From: Rebecca billardiae RCC1528
Lineage: Eukaryota; Protista; Haptophyta
Length of the DNA stretch: 64,000 nt
Assembly (NCBI GenBank): GCA_965240325.2
Contig: OZ251229.1
Coordinates: 1,116,001 to 1,180,000 of the forward strand
Direction: 5' to 3'
Each line of letters starts with the position of its first letter. The first letter of the stretch is position 1. A program made the position numbers and the translations under genes. Shown one piece after another: positions 12,614 through 21,937 of this stretch. Under the pieces are notes generated by a model, which saw nothing but the letters and a program-made list of their open reading frames with translations, ran no database searches and was not told the DNA's origin.

Positions 12614-13858
12614 ATGCCGGCGCAGTGGCGAGTCGCCGTGCTCGTCGCCGGCGCCGCTCTGCTCGCTCCAAGCCCGCTGGGGGCGCAGCCCATCGCACCA
12701 TCCTTCGCTGCGCCGGCCCGCGCGGCAAACGCCAGCGCGCCGGCGTGCCGCGTCGTTGCCTTCCTGCACGTGCCCAAGTGCGCGGGCAGCAGCGTGCGCT
12801 ACATGTTCAAGCGGGGCTCGCCGGGGACGTGGCGCTGCCCGAACATCTGCACGCAGCTGAGCAGCGTGTGCAAGGCGTGGGGCTGCGACAAGACCGAGCC
12901 GCTGCCCGAGTCGCACGTGCAGCGGTGGCGGAAGCGAGGCCTCCCGCCGCTCGACGCGCGCACCGAGCCGCTCTGGTTCTTCGAGCGGCACTGCGGGCCG
13001 AACCTCGAGCGCTTCGCGCGTTGGCTGCCCAAGCTGCGCCGGCACGCCGAGTCGCGCGGCTGCCGCTTCGCCGCGCTCACCCTCCTCCGAGATCCGATCT
13101 CGATGCTTCTCTCGGACTTCTCCTTCTTCGGCGACTACTCGGACCGGGCCAACCTCAGCCTGAGCCAGTGGGCGCGCTCGCACCCGGAGCTGCTGCTGCT
13201 CGACGAGGACCAGCACCTGGACACGCAGCGGGTGGTGCCCGCGCTCGAGCGCGCGCGGCAGGGCAAGTACGCCCCCTCCGTCCCCGAGCCCGCCGTGCGC
13301 CACCTCGAGGCGCTGCGGCGCGCGTACGCGGACGCGCAGCTCGCGTTCGTGCGGCACATGCCGACGCTCACGGCGGAGCTGCGCGCGGAGGGCGGCGCGC
13401 GCAGGGCGGCGTGGATGGCGCGCAGCGCGCGGCTGCAGCAGGCCTCGCTCGCGGCGCGCGCGCGCTGGCTGCAGGCGCTCCGCGCGGCGGGCGTGCTCAG
13501 CTGCGAGCGCCTCCTCGCCGCCGTCGAGCCGCTCCTGTCCCTCTTCGACGTCGTGGGCGTGGTCGATCGGTTCGCAGAGTCGATGCTGCTCACGACCGAG
13601 GCGCTCGGCATGCGCGGGGTGCCCACGCTGCGCTTCAGTAACAGCAGGCGGAGGGCGGGCGACGCGGCGGGGCGCGCGCGGCCGAACGCCGTCGAGCTCG
13701 ACGAGATGCTGCCCGGCCTGCGCGCGCTCAACAACTGCTCGATACAGCTCGTCGATCGCGCGCGTGCGCGGCTGGATGCGCGCGTGGCGCGGCGCGGAGA
13801 CGCCTTCCACGCTCGACTCGCGCGCGCGCGCGAAAAGATGCGCCCACCGGATCGCTGA
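12614..13858 (+). CDS. Secreted/Golgi sulfotransferase-like protein
   Basis: Signal peptide MPAQWRVAVLVAGAALLA, 5'-PSB motif FLHVPKCAGSS, 3'-PB motif LLRDPISMLLS and C-terminal VGVVDRFAES. Confidence 0.82.
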   Translation: MPAQWRVAVLVAGAALLAPSPLGAQPIAPSFAAPARAANASAPACRVVAFLHVPKCAGSSVRYMFKRGSPGTWRCPNICTQLSSVCKAWGCDKTEPLPESHVQRWRKRGLPPLDARTEPLWFFERHCGPNLERFARWLPKLRRHAESRGCRFAALTLLRDPISMLLSDFSFFGDYSDRANLSLSQWARSHPELLLLDEDQHLDTQRVVPALERARQGKYAPSVPEPAVRHLEALRRAYADAQLAFVRHMPTLTAELRAEGGARRAAWMARSARLQQASLAARARWLQALRAAGVLSCERLLAAVEPLLSLFDVVGVVDRFAESMLLTTEALGMRGVPTLRFSNSRRRAGDAAGRARPNAVELDEMLPGLRALNNCSIQLVDRARARLDARVARRGDAFHARLARAREKMRPPDR

Positions 13859-14107
13859 GGCGCGCAGCGACTGATGAGCGGTGCTATAGGGCTGCGCTGG
13901 CTGCCGGATGATGACTAGAGTCTAGACGAGTACGACGAGGACGGCGCCGCTGATCAGCCTGATCACGCGCTGTGCATAGTCAGTGATGAATGTCGATTAG
14001 CAGTAGTGCTGCTGATTGGTAACGATACATCATATATATTGTTTGGTGCCGCGTAGCTCTACGACTATATACTGTCTACTACTTACTAGCTGTCTCTAGG
14101 TACTCAC

Positions 14108-15712
14108 TCAGTCAACGGCCGCGTCGCGCGCGAGCCTGAAGCCGGCGTGCTGGTAGAAGTGCGGCCTGAAGAAGTTGCGCGCGCGCACGCACGCGTACGC
14201 CCCGCTCGACGCGAAGCTGCCCCCGGCGACGACAAAGTGCGCGCCGTCGAACGCGGGCGCCGAGAAGTCCGGGTAGAGGGGATGCGGGCAGAAGCCGTCG
14301 AGCGGCGCGACCGCGTCCGCGCACAGCTCCCACACGTTGCCCATCAGGTCGTGGTGCCCGCTCGGCGAGGGCGGCATGGCGTGCACCGGGCTCTCGGTGC
14401 CCCAGCGCAGGCCGATGTTCGCGCCGTCGGCGGTAGCCGCGGCGGGCGCTGCGTCGACGGCGAGCGTGCGCAGCAGCGTGTGCTCCGCCTCGCGCAGCGG
14501 CCGGTACGGCGCGCGCGCGCACCCCTCCGCCTGCGTGCGCCACGCGCAGTACGCGAGCGCCTCGTGCAGGTTCACCACCGCCGGCCAGTCCCACGGCATG
14601 GGGTGCACGCTGAAGGTCGAGCGGAGGAAGCGCGGCGCGTCGGCGGGCGCGCCCTCCGGCGCGCGCTCCCAGAACCGCGGCTCCGTCGCGCCGCAGCCGC
14701 GCCGCCACGCCCAGCCCTCGTCCGACCACAGCTCCCGCCGGCCGTACCCGCCTGCGGCCACAAACTGACGAAACGCGCCGTTGCTCACGAGCGTCGACGC
14801 GGCCTCGAACGGCGGGACGCGCACGCGGCGCGAGCCGAACTCGAGGTCCCAGCCGTACGCGCGCCCCGCGCCCGCGCCCGTCGCGGGGCCGCGGCCGAGC
14901 TGCACCTCGCCGCCCCCGTGCGGCACGAGGGCAGAGGCGGGGGGGTACTCGCGCCCGGCGGCAGGCGCGCCGACGCCCGTGGCGCGCGCGGCCGACGGGT
15001 GGTCGGCCGGCCAGCGTGCGGGCCTCTGCAGGCTCGCGAGGTCCATCTCGCGGAAGAGGACCGACGAGGTCTCGATGTGCACGCGCTGGTGCTCCACGCC
15101 CATGAGCAACGCCCACAGCGGGTGCTCCGCCGTCACGCGCGCGGGCCCGGCGCCGCCGCCGAGCTCGGGCTGTCGTTCCGCCGCCTCCCACACGCGCGCG
15201 CGCACGCGCTGCCGGAACGCGCGCACGTCGGCGATCGCGGGCCACTCGCGCTCGTTCAGGCTCATGTCATCCGCTGGCATCTCGTCCACGCCGACCTCGA
15301 AGAGCTGCTCAAAGTGCGGCTGCTCGCGCTCGTCCTCGCCCAGCAGGCCTGCTGCCACGAGCTTGTTCACGTAGAACGCGGCGGCGTGGCCGTAGTAGAA
15401 GACCTGGGGGCGGCGCAGGTTGTGCCATGGCGGCTCGAGGAACGCCTCCTCGCCGTTGAGCCCGCTGAACAGGGCGTCGTCCAGCCGCCAGGCGTCGTCG
15501 ATGTACGCGCGCACGCGCTCGCGCGTCAATCCGTGCGCGTCGAGGGCTGCCATGGCGGGCGTCGTGGCCGGCAGCGGCGGGGCCGTGAGCCACGACGCGT
15601 CGTCGCGCTGGCCGGAGAGCCACGCCTCACCGCGCAGGTTGGCTCGCCACGCGGCCCCCGCGCCGGGCGCCGCGCCCGGCATCGTGGCGAGGGCGCGGGC
15701 GAGTCGCGACAT
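14108..15712 (-). CDS. OvoA-clade non-heme iron sulfoxide synthase (DinB-like + FGE-like domains), no C-terminal methyltransferase domain
   Basis: LRRPQVFYYGH..FYVNKL, FEVGVDEM, metal motif MGVEHQRVHIETSSVL, YGWDLEFG, VSNGAF, PWDWPAVVN, GNVWE, HPLYPDFS, GGSF and HFYQHAGFR followed almost immediately by a stop. Intronless, 534 aa. Confidence 0.92.
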   Translation of the reverse strand: MSRLARALATMPGAAPGAGAAWRANLRGEAWLSGQRDDASWLTAPPLPATTPAMAALDAHGLTRERVRAYIDDAWRLDDALFSGLNGEEAFLEPPWHNLRRPQVFYYGHAAAFYVNKLVAAGLLGEDEREQPHFEQLFEVGVDEMPADDMSLNEREWPAIADVRAFRQRVRARVWEAAERQPELGGGAGPARVTAEHPLWALLMGVEHQRVHIETSSVLFREMDLASLQRPARWPADHPSAARATGVGAPAAGREYPPASALVPHGGGEVQLGRGPATGAGAGRAYGWDLEFGSRRVRVPPFEAASTLVSNGAFRQFVAAGGYGRRELWSDEGWAWRRGCGATEPRFWERAPEGAPADAPRFLRSTFSVHPMPWDWPAVVNLHEALAYCAWRTQAEGCARAPYRPLREAEHTLLRTLAVDAAPAAATADGANIGLRWGTESPVHAMPPSPSGHHDLMGNVWELCADAVAPLDGFCPHPLYPDFSAPAFDGAHFVVAGGSFASSGAYACVRARNFFRPHFYQHAGFRLARDAAVD

Positions 15713-15976
15713 GGCCGGGTTCCCGAGGCCTCACCGAGGAGACACCCGTTCGAGGGGAGCCACCGGACTGAGCGGATTTTCGCTGCTGGTTCGGCGGCGA
15801 ATAAACTCGCGATGACGAGTCGTGCCTATTCAGAATCAAGTATTCATCCGTCCGGTACGGTAGTTGCACGGATCTATCCGGCGCGACGTGAATACGGTAC
15901 GTGATGACGAGAATCCTCGACGTTGGCCGTCAGCCGGCGTCGCCCAGGCCGCGTCGACCGGCAGGTGGTAGGCCAA
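15713..15976. promoter_or_regulatory. Probable bidirectional promoter between the sulfoxide synthase and the EgtD-like gene
   Basis: 264-bp lower-GC spacer between two divergent ATGs. Confidence 0.55.
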
Positions 15977-17110
15977 ATGGCGCGAGCACTGTCAGTCCTT
16001 CGGCGAGCCAGAGCCGGCGGGTTCGGCGCACCGCTCGCGCGAGCGCTGCGCACCACTCCGAAGACTCGATCGGAAGCGCTCGCCCCCGAGCCGCTGGGCG
16101 ACGACCCCGAGGCTGACGAGCGCGCCGACATCCTCGCGGCGCTGAGCGCACCGACGCCGTCCATCAGCTGCGTGTACCTGTACGACGCGCACGGCTCCGC
16201 GCTGTTCGAGCAGATCTGCGCGACCGAGGAGTACTACCTCACGCGCACCGAGGACGCGCTGCTCAAGGCCATCACCCCCGAGCTCATCCGCTTTGCCGAC
16301 GAGCCACGCGACGCCACGTCGCTGAGCGGCACATGCATGGTCGAGTGCTCGGCGGGCAACGGGCAGAAGGTGGCGCCGGTGGTGCTCGCGTCCTCCGCGA
16401 TCAGGCCGACGACGTACGTCCCGATGGACGTCTCCGCCTCCGCCCTCGACGCCAACGCCGCGCGCCTCGCGCCCCACATCGGCGCGCGCGCCCTGCAGTT
16501 TGAGCCGCTGGTCGGCACGAACGAGGATGGGCTGCGGACCGCGGCGCAACTGGACGGGCGCAAGTGCTACATGCTGCTCGGCTCGAGCCTGGGCAACGCA
16601 ACCGAGCCGCACGAGGAGCTCCGGATGGTCGCGGAGCACATGCGCCCCGCGGACCGCCTCGTCGTCGGCATCGACACGCCGCCGAGCGCGCCCGGCTCTG
16701 GCGGCAAGACGGAGGCGGCCGTGGTCGCCGCGTACAATGACGCGGCGGGGATCACCTCGGCGTTCACGCTGAACGCGCTGACGCACCTCAACCGGATCGC
16801 CGGCACCGACTTCGACCTCGCCGACTTCCGCCACGTCTCCGAGTGGTGCCCGGAGCGCAGCGCGATCCTAGCCTACGTCGAGGCCGCGCGCGACGTGACG
16901 GTGCACGCGCGGCCGAGCGCAGACGCGGCCGCGACGAGGGTGCTCTCGCTGCGGGCGGGCGAGCGGATCTTCATGGAGCAGTCGGCCAAGTTCGGGCTGG
17001 AGCACATGCGCCAGATCGGTGGGCGCGCGGGCCTGCGCCCCGTGCGCCACTGGCTGAGCGAGCGCGACTACTACCTCATCATCGAGTACGCGCTCGCAGG
17101 CTCCAGCTGA
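15977..17110 (+). CDS. EgtD-family (Methyltransf_33) SAM-dependent amino-acid N-alpha-methyltransferase
   Basis: YLYDAHGSALFEQI...EYYLTRTE, YVPMDVSASAL, LGSSLGN, AYNDAAGITSAF, DFDLADFRHV and GERIFMEQSAKF are colinear with EgtD. Intronless. Confidence 0.92.
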   Translation: MARALSVLRRARAGGFGAPLARALRTTPKTRSEALAPEPLGDDPEADERADILAALSAPTPSISCVYLYDAHGSALFEQICATEEYYLTRTEDALLKAITPELIRFADEPRDATSLSGTCMVECSAGNGQKVAPVVLASSAIRPTTYVPMDVSASALDANAARLAPHIGARALQFEPLVGTNEDGLRTAAQLDGRKCYMLLGSSLGNATEPHEELRMVAEHMRPADRLVVGIDTPPSAPGSGGKTEAAVVAAYNDAAGITSAFTLNALTHLNRIAGTDFDLADFRHVSEWCPERSAILAYVEAARDVTVHARPSADAAATRVLSLRAGERIFMEQSAKFGLEHMRQIGGRAGLRPVRHWLSERDYYLIIEYALAGSS

Positions 17111-17573
17111 GCACTGAAGGCGGACCGCGTCGGGGGGGGCGGGGAGCAGGGCTGCGGCGGGGCTCAGCGCGACCCAGCGACCGGGCCGCCCCGCCGTCCC
17201 CGACCCCTCTCGGGGCGGAGGGTGCGACTCAGGCAGGGTGCTTCCAGCGTCGTGCGGGTTGGGGACTCGCGCGTGTACATGATGCTTGTGAGTGGTCGAG
17301 CGCGCGGATCGATTCCGATCATCGTCTTTTCTCCGGGGCGACTGTTCATCATGCAAGGAGGCCATCACTCACAATGGCCAATGTGAGGCGGCTGACGGGA
17401 CAGCCGGCGTGTGAAGCACGACCCGCCGGCCGCTGTTCACACTGGTACTTCTAGTTCGAGTTCTAAATCTAGTCAGTCAGTCTGTCAGACAAGCCGCCCG
17501 GGCCGGGCCGGGGGGGGGCGCCCGGACCGGGGAGGCCTGGCCCGGACTTTCCCAGGCTGCGCTTTTCATCAGC

Positions 17574-18486
17574 ATGGCTGCCCAGCCTGGCCCTGCGCGC
17601 ATTCCGCCGCTGAACTTTGCGCTGGTCTCGCCCGGTGTGTACCGCTCGGGCTTCCCCACGCAGCGCAACATCGAATTTCTTCGGCATCTTGGCCTGCGCA
17701 CAGTCGTCCGCCTGAGCAAGGAGAAGTACTCCCCGGATGTTCTCGCCTTTTTTGAGGCGTCTGGCACCCTGGTGGTCGATTGCGCGACCAAGGGAAACCT
17801 TGTGCGTGCGCATGCGCATCTATCTGCTCACCGCACGCGCCCTTTGCACGAGCCTCACCGACGCGCGCATACATCCACCGCGTGCCCGTGCGCGGCAGGA
17901 GCCCTTCACGCTCATCAAGCCGAAGGTGCTGAGGCGCGTGCTCACGGCGATGTGCATCCCGGACTTCCACCCGGTGCTGGTGCATTGCATCAACGGGCAG
18001 CAGACGACGGGGTGCGTGGTGGGATGCCTCCGCAAGGCGCAGGGATGGGCGCTCTCTGCCGTCTTCGAGGAGTACAGGCGGCACATCTCCGGCTCCAAGG
18101 TGCGCGCGCTTGACCTGCAGGTGATTGAGCTGTGCGACGAGCAGCCGGACGCGGAGCTGCTGGCGGCGGATGCGCTGGACGGCGGGGGGAAGGAGGCGCG
18201 CAAGAAGGCCAAGGGGGCAGCGGGTGGCGGCAAAACTGGCGCCGGCGGAGACGGAGACCCCGAGGCGCCCGCGGCAGACCGTCCCCGCGAACAGATGAGC
18301 GCGCCAGCAGTAGCCCAAGCTGGCGGCGAAGAGCGCGCTGCGCCTGTCGCCGTGCCTGCGGCTAGCCTGCCGGCCAGTCCGATCAAGACTGGCAGCCCGA
18401 CGCTCGGCCAGCCCTTGCTCTCATCGGCGGCAACGTCGCCGCTCAGCGTGACCAGATCACGGTCGATGCCGGCGCCGGACAATTAA
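17574..18486 (+). CDS. SIW14/OCA-family (Y_phosphatase2) protein, probably a pseudophosphatase; intron 17802-17898
   Basis: PPLNFALVSPGVYRSGFP, HPVLVHC and TGCVVGCLRKAQGWALSAVFEEYRR. The GT..AG intron joins the two ORFs in frame. Confidence 0.9.
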
Positions 18487-20099
18487 GTAATAAGTAGTCG
18501 CGCAGTATGCGCATTATATTATTATATAATAGGAGTCGACCGAAGTCGGACGCCAGTCCGGTGTCCGTGACGACTCACAGTCGGAGTCAGTGACAGTAGT
18601 CACATGCTGGTCGTGCCTTGTGCCCGTGGCCGACCGCTGTGAGGCTGACTTCGCTGCGGCCCGTGAGCCAACCTGAGAGTGACTACACTCGGCGGACTTC
18701 GCCTTCCGCGCCGCTTCTCGGACACAGTCACATAGCACTCCCGCGCCTCAAGTTGAAGAGTGCCGCCGCCGTGGCTCGGCCTCGGTGGCCCGCGGCCTGT
18801 GGGTCCGGATAGTGGAATAGCGACCGAGCGCCCAACACTCAACAGGCAACACCGCAGGCTGCGCAGGTGATTCGGAGTGAGCAAGCGGGCGGGCGGCGCG
18901 GGCGTCGCGTGCGAACTACGTGCAGGTGCGCTCGGCGAGAGCCTTCCCAGCGGCAGGGTGGGGCTGACCGCCACCCACGCTCTCCGTCGGCCCAGGGTCG
19001 CCGGGCCGCCGCGGCGCGTCAAGTCGCCGATGGTCGGGCAGTACGGCGCGGCGCCACTGCTCAAGCCAACACGCGCAGCCCAGCCGGGTAGGGGGGGGGA
19101 GCGTAGCACGCAACGCTTCGCACTCGCAGTGCGGAATGGGGCTGACCGCCAACCACGCTCTCCCTCAGGCTCAGACCCGCGCCTGCGCGGGTGGCGCCGC
19201 CGACTTACTGGCACCTGCCACTCGAAGTCCTGACACGCGCACGGGCCGAGGGCGCAGGCGGCAGGACGCGCCTTGCCCGACGGAGCCCGCGCCACGGCCG
19301 CAGCTGACTGGCTGACTGCGTGAGCAAGCGGGAGGCGGGTCCGGAGGCACGTGCAGGCGTGCTCGGGGAGAGCGTGGGCGGCTCGCGCCCGTCCACCGGT
19401 AGTTGTCGATAACGACTATATATATTGCGGACGTGCCCGCCTTTTCGGCTTTTCGGCACGAATAATAATCAATGATCGATGTCTAAACAAGGAGGTAGCA
19501 GGTTTCAAAAATCGAAACTCGGTCTGCACCAGCCCAGAGCCCTTGAAAATCGTCCCCGACCCCGTGGCCCTGCGCGTTCCGCCCTGCACCGCGGGCCATG
19601 ATTCACCGGCGACACAGACCAGTACGACGATGGATGGGTGGCGGTGGTGATGCGCGCGCGCGCGGTGCATCTTGGCCTGCCTGCGCGATCGAGCGCGTGC
19701 TGGGCCAGATGGGCCTGCCGCGGCCCACCAGCGGTGGAACGCCTCGCGCGAGCGCAAGACGCGCTCGGCGGTACCGTCGCTCGAGCCGCTGCGGCCCTCC
19801 TCCGCCTCCGAGCCCTCGCCGCCCGGCGCGGGGAGCAGCCCGACGCGGCCGAGCGTCGGCAGCGTCGCGGCGGCGCGCACCGGCGTGCGCGCGGGCGGCA
19901 GCGCGTGCGCCGACTCGGGCGTGCCGCGCGCGGCGGGGCGGCGCGGCGGCGGCGAGGCGCCGACAGCGAGCGGCCGGCCGTCCGGCCGCGAGCCGTCGTC
20001 GTACAGCGCGCGCAGCGTGCCGAACGCCGAGCCGTGGTACGAGATCGCCGAGAAGGCCTGCAGCGCCATCTCCTCGGCTCGCGGCGGGCGCACGCCGCT

Positions 20100-20833
20100 T
20101 CGCCCACGCACGCACGCCGCCACCCGTCCGCGGGCTGAGGCGCCGGCCGCTTGCGCGGCGCGCCGTCGCCCGGCTCGACGCTCCGCACCACCGCCGCGCG
20201 CGCGTGCTCGTCGGGGAGCAGCTTGTCCAGCTCGGGCGCCAGAGCGCGCACGTCCACCCCGACCGCGCGCAGCATGCGCTCGACGGCTGCGCGCACGCGC
20301 GTCGGCTCGAGGCGCTCGATCGTCTTGGACGCGCCGAGGGTGGCGTTGAGCCCACCGCAGTGCTCAGACTGCCGCAGCCAGTGCCGGTTGCGCACGCGCC
20401 CTCGCCCGAGCGCTGCCGCCGCCTCGTCGAAGCTGGGGCGCGCGACGCCGAATGCTGCCTCCGAGCAATGGCGTGCGCCGTCCATGTCACGGCCCACGGT
20501 GCACTTGGACGCGTACGCCGAGGCGAAGCGCTCGAGCGGCTCTCTGTAGAAGACGGCGGCGTGCCACGTCGGGTCGGCCAGCCGCGCCGCGGCGTCCTCC
20601 ACGCCCAGCCCGAAGTAGCGCAGCGTGTTGGTGTTCTGCACGAACCCTGCTTGAGCAGCGCCGGGTCGTGCGGCGTGCTGACCGCGCGGAAGAGCTGCAG
20701 GAAGCTCTGGCTCGCGACCTTGTCGACCTTGCAGAAGAGGATGAGCCGGTACTCCGGCACGAGGATGAAGGAGCTGTACGAAACGAACGCGGCTCAGCGC
20801 CACCGCCGCCGTCGCGTTGCTCGCGCCCGCCAT
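20100..20833 (-). pseudogene. Carbohydrate sulfotransferase (Sulfotransfer_2-like) with frameshifts
   Basis: FCKVDKVASQS lies in one frame, while REPLERFASAY and RHWLRQSEHC lie in another. Frame changes occur at about 20790 and 20645. The 3' end is uncertain. Confidence 0.7.
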
Positions 20834-21010
20834 TGTGCGCGCGGCAACATCGCGGCAGGCATACAATTCCGCTCCGACGAAGCTGAGTAGCTGAGCACCC
20901 CTCGAATCTGGATCGCGGTCGGGCGGACGCGTGCACGTGTGCAGTAGCAAGGGTGGTCGCAGTAGCAAGCCCTGTACAGCTCGTCTCCACGCGCGCCCGC
21001 CAGGGTTAGG

Positions 21011-21636
21011 CTGCCGGGCGACGCGCGCGCCAGCCGGTGCGCTGCGCACAAGCTGGTCGGCATGGTCGACCTGAAGAGCCGCAAGTGTGATCACACCGGC
21101 TGCACCAAGCATCCTTGCTTCGGCATGCCGGGCGACGCGCGCGCCAGCCGGTGCGCTGCGCACAAGCTGGCCGGCATGGTCGACGTGAGGAGCCCCAAGT
21201 GTGATCACACCAGCTGCACCACGCGGCCTTCGTTCGGCATGCCGGGCGACGCGCGCGCCAGCCGGTGCGCTACGCACAAGCTGGCCGGCATGGTCGACGT
21301 GAGGAGCCCCGAGTGTGATCACGTGGACTGCACCAAGCAGCCTTTGTTCGGCATGCCGGGCGACGCGCGCGCCAGCCGGTGCGCTGCGCACAAGTTGGCC
21401 GGCATGGTCGACGTGAGGAGCCCCAAGTGTGATCACACCAGCTGCACCACGCGGCCTTCGTTCGGCATGCCGGGCGACGCGCGCGCCAGCCGGTGCGCTA
21501 CGCACAAGCTGGCCGGCATGGTCGACGTGAGGAGCCCCAAGTGTGATCACACCAGCTGCACCACGCGGCCTTCGTTCCGCATGCCGGGCGACGCGCGCGC
21601 CAGCCGGTGCGCTACGCACAAGCTGGTCGGCATGGT
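21011..21636 (+). repeat. 114-bp coding tandem repeat, about 5.5 copies
   Basis: ATGGTCGAC recurs at 21062, 21176, 21290, 21404 and 21518. Confidence 0.95.
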
Positions 21637-21937
21637 TAACAGGCGGCTCGCCCTGCCCAAGCGCAGGCTGGAGCATGGCACCGGCGACCCGGGCACGCTT
21701 GCAGCGAAGCGACAGCACACGCACACCAGCCGCATTGCCACGAACTCGCATGCCGCCATGCAGCTGCCCCAAGCGCCGCCGCTGGTCGGGAGACTCGAGA
21801 GAGGCAACGGGGCGGATTGCCGAATGCCGCCAGACGGTGTCGGTGATGGCACAGACACCGTCACCGACGATGAGGAGTCGTCTGACCATTGGACGGTGAT
21901 GGCATCCGATCTGATGTCATCGTCCTCCGAAGAGTGA
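21062..21937 (+). CDS. EsV-1-7 cysteine-rich repeat protein
   Basis: Five-plus 38-aa repeats of MVDVRSPKCDHTSCTTRPSFGMPGDARASRCAxHKLAG (C-x4-C...C-x2-H). A likely splice acceptor at 21003 suggests an upstream exon. Confidence 0.85.
   Translation: MVDLKSRKCDHTGCTKHPCFGMPGDARASRCAAHKLAGMVDVRSPKCDHTSCTTRPSFGMPGDARASRCATHKLAGMVDVRSPECDHVDCTKQPLFGMPGDARASRCAAHKLAGMVDVRSPKCDHTSCTTRPSFGMPGDARASRCATHKLAGMVDVRSPKCDHTSCTTRPSFRMPGDARASRCATHKLVGMVNRRLALPKRRLEHGTGDPGTLAAKRQHTHTSRIATNSHAAMQLPQAPPLVGRLERGNGADCRMPPDGVGDGTDTVTDDEESSDHWTVMASDLMSSSSEE

Noticed and set aside
12614-20833. Larger sulfur cluster including both sulfotransferases and the phosphatase
   Set aside because: These are secretory-type glycan sulfotransferase-like genes from large families with no chemical link to thiohistidines; adjacency alone is insufficient.
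21002-21010. Telomere-like AGGGTTAGG
   Set aside because: Only about 1.5 units, overlapping a probable splice acceptor; likely chance.
21011-21636. Possible CRISPR-like array
   Set aside because: The units are 114-bp in-frame coding repeats with no unique spacers, there are no cas genes, and the context is eukaryotic.
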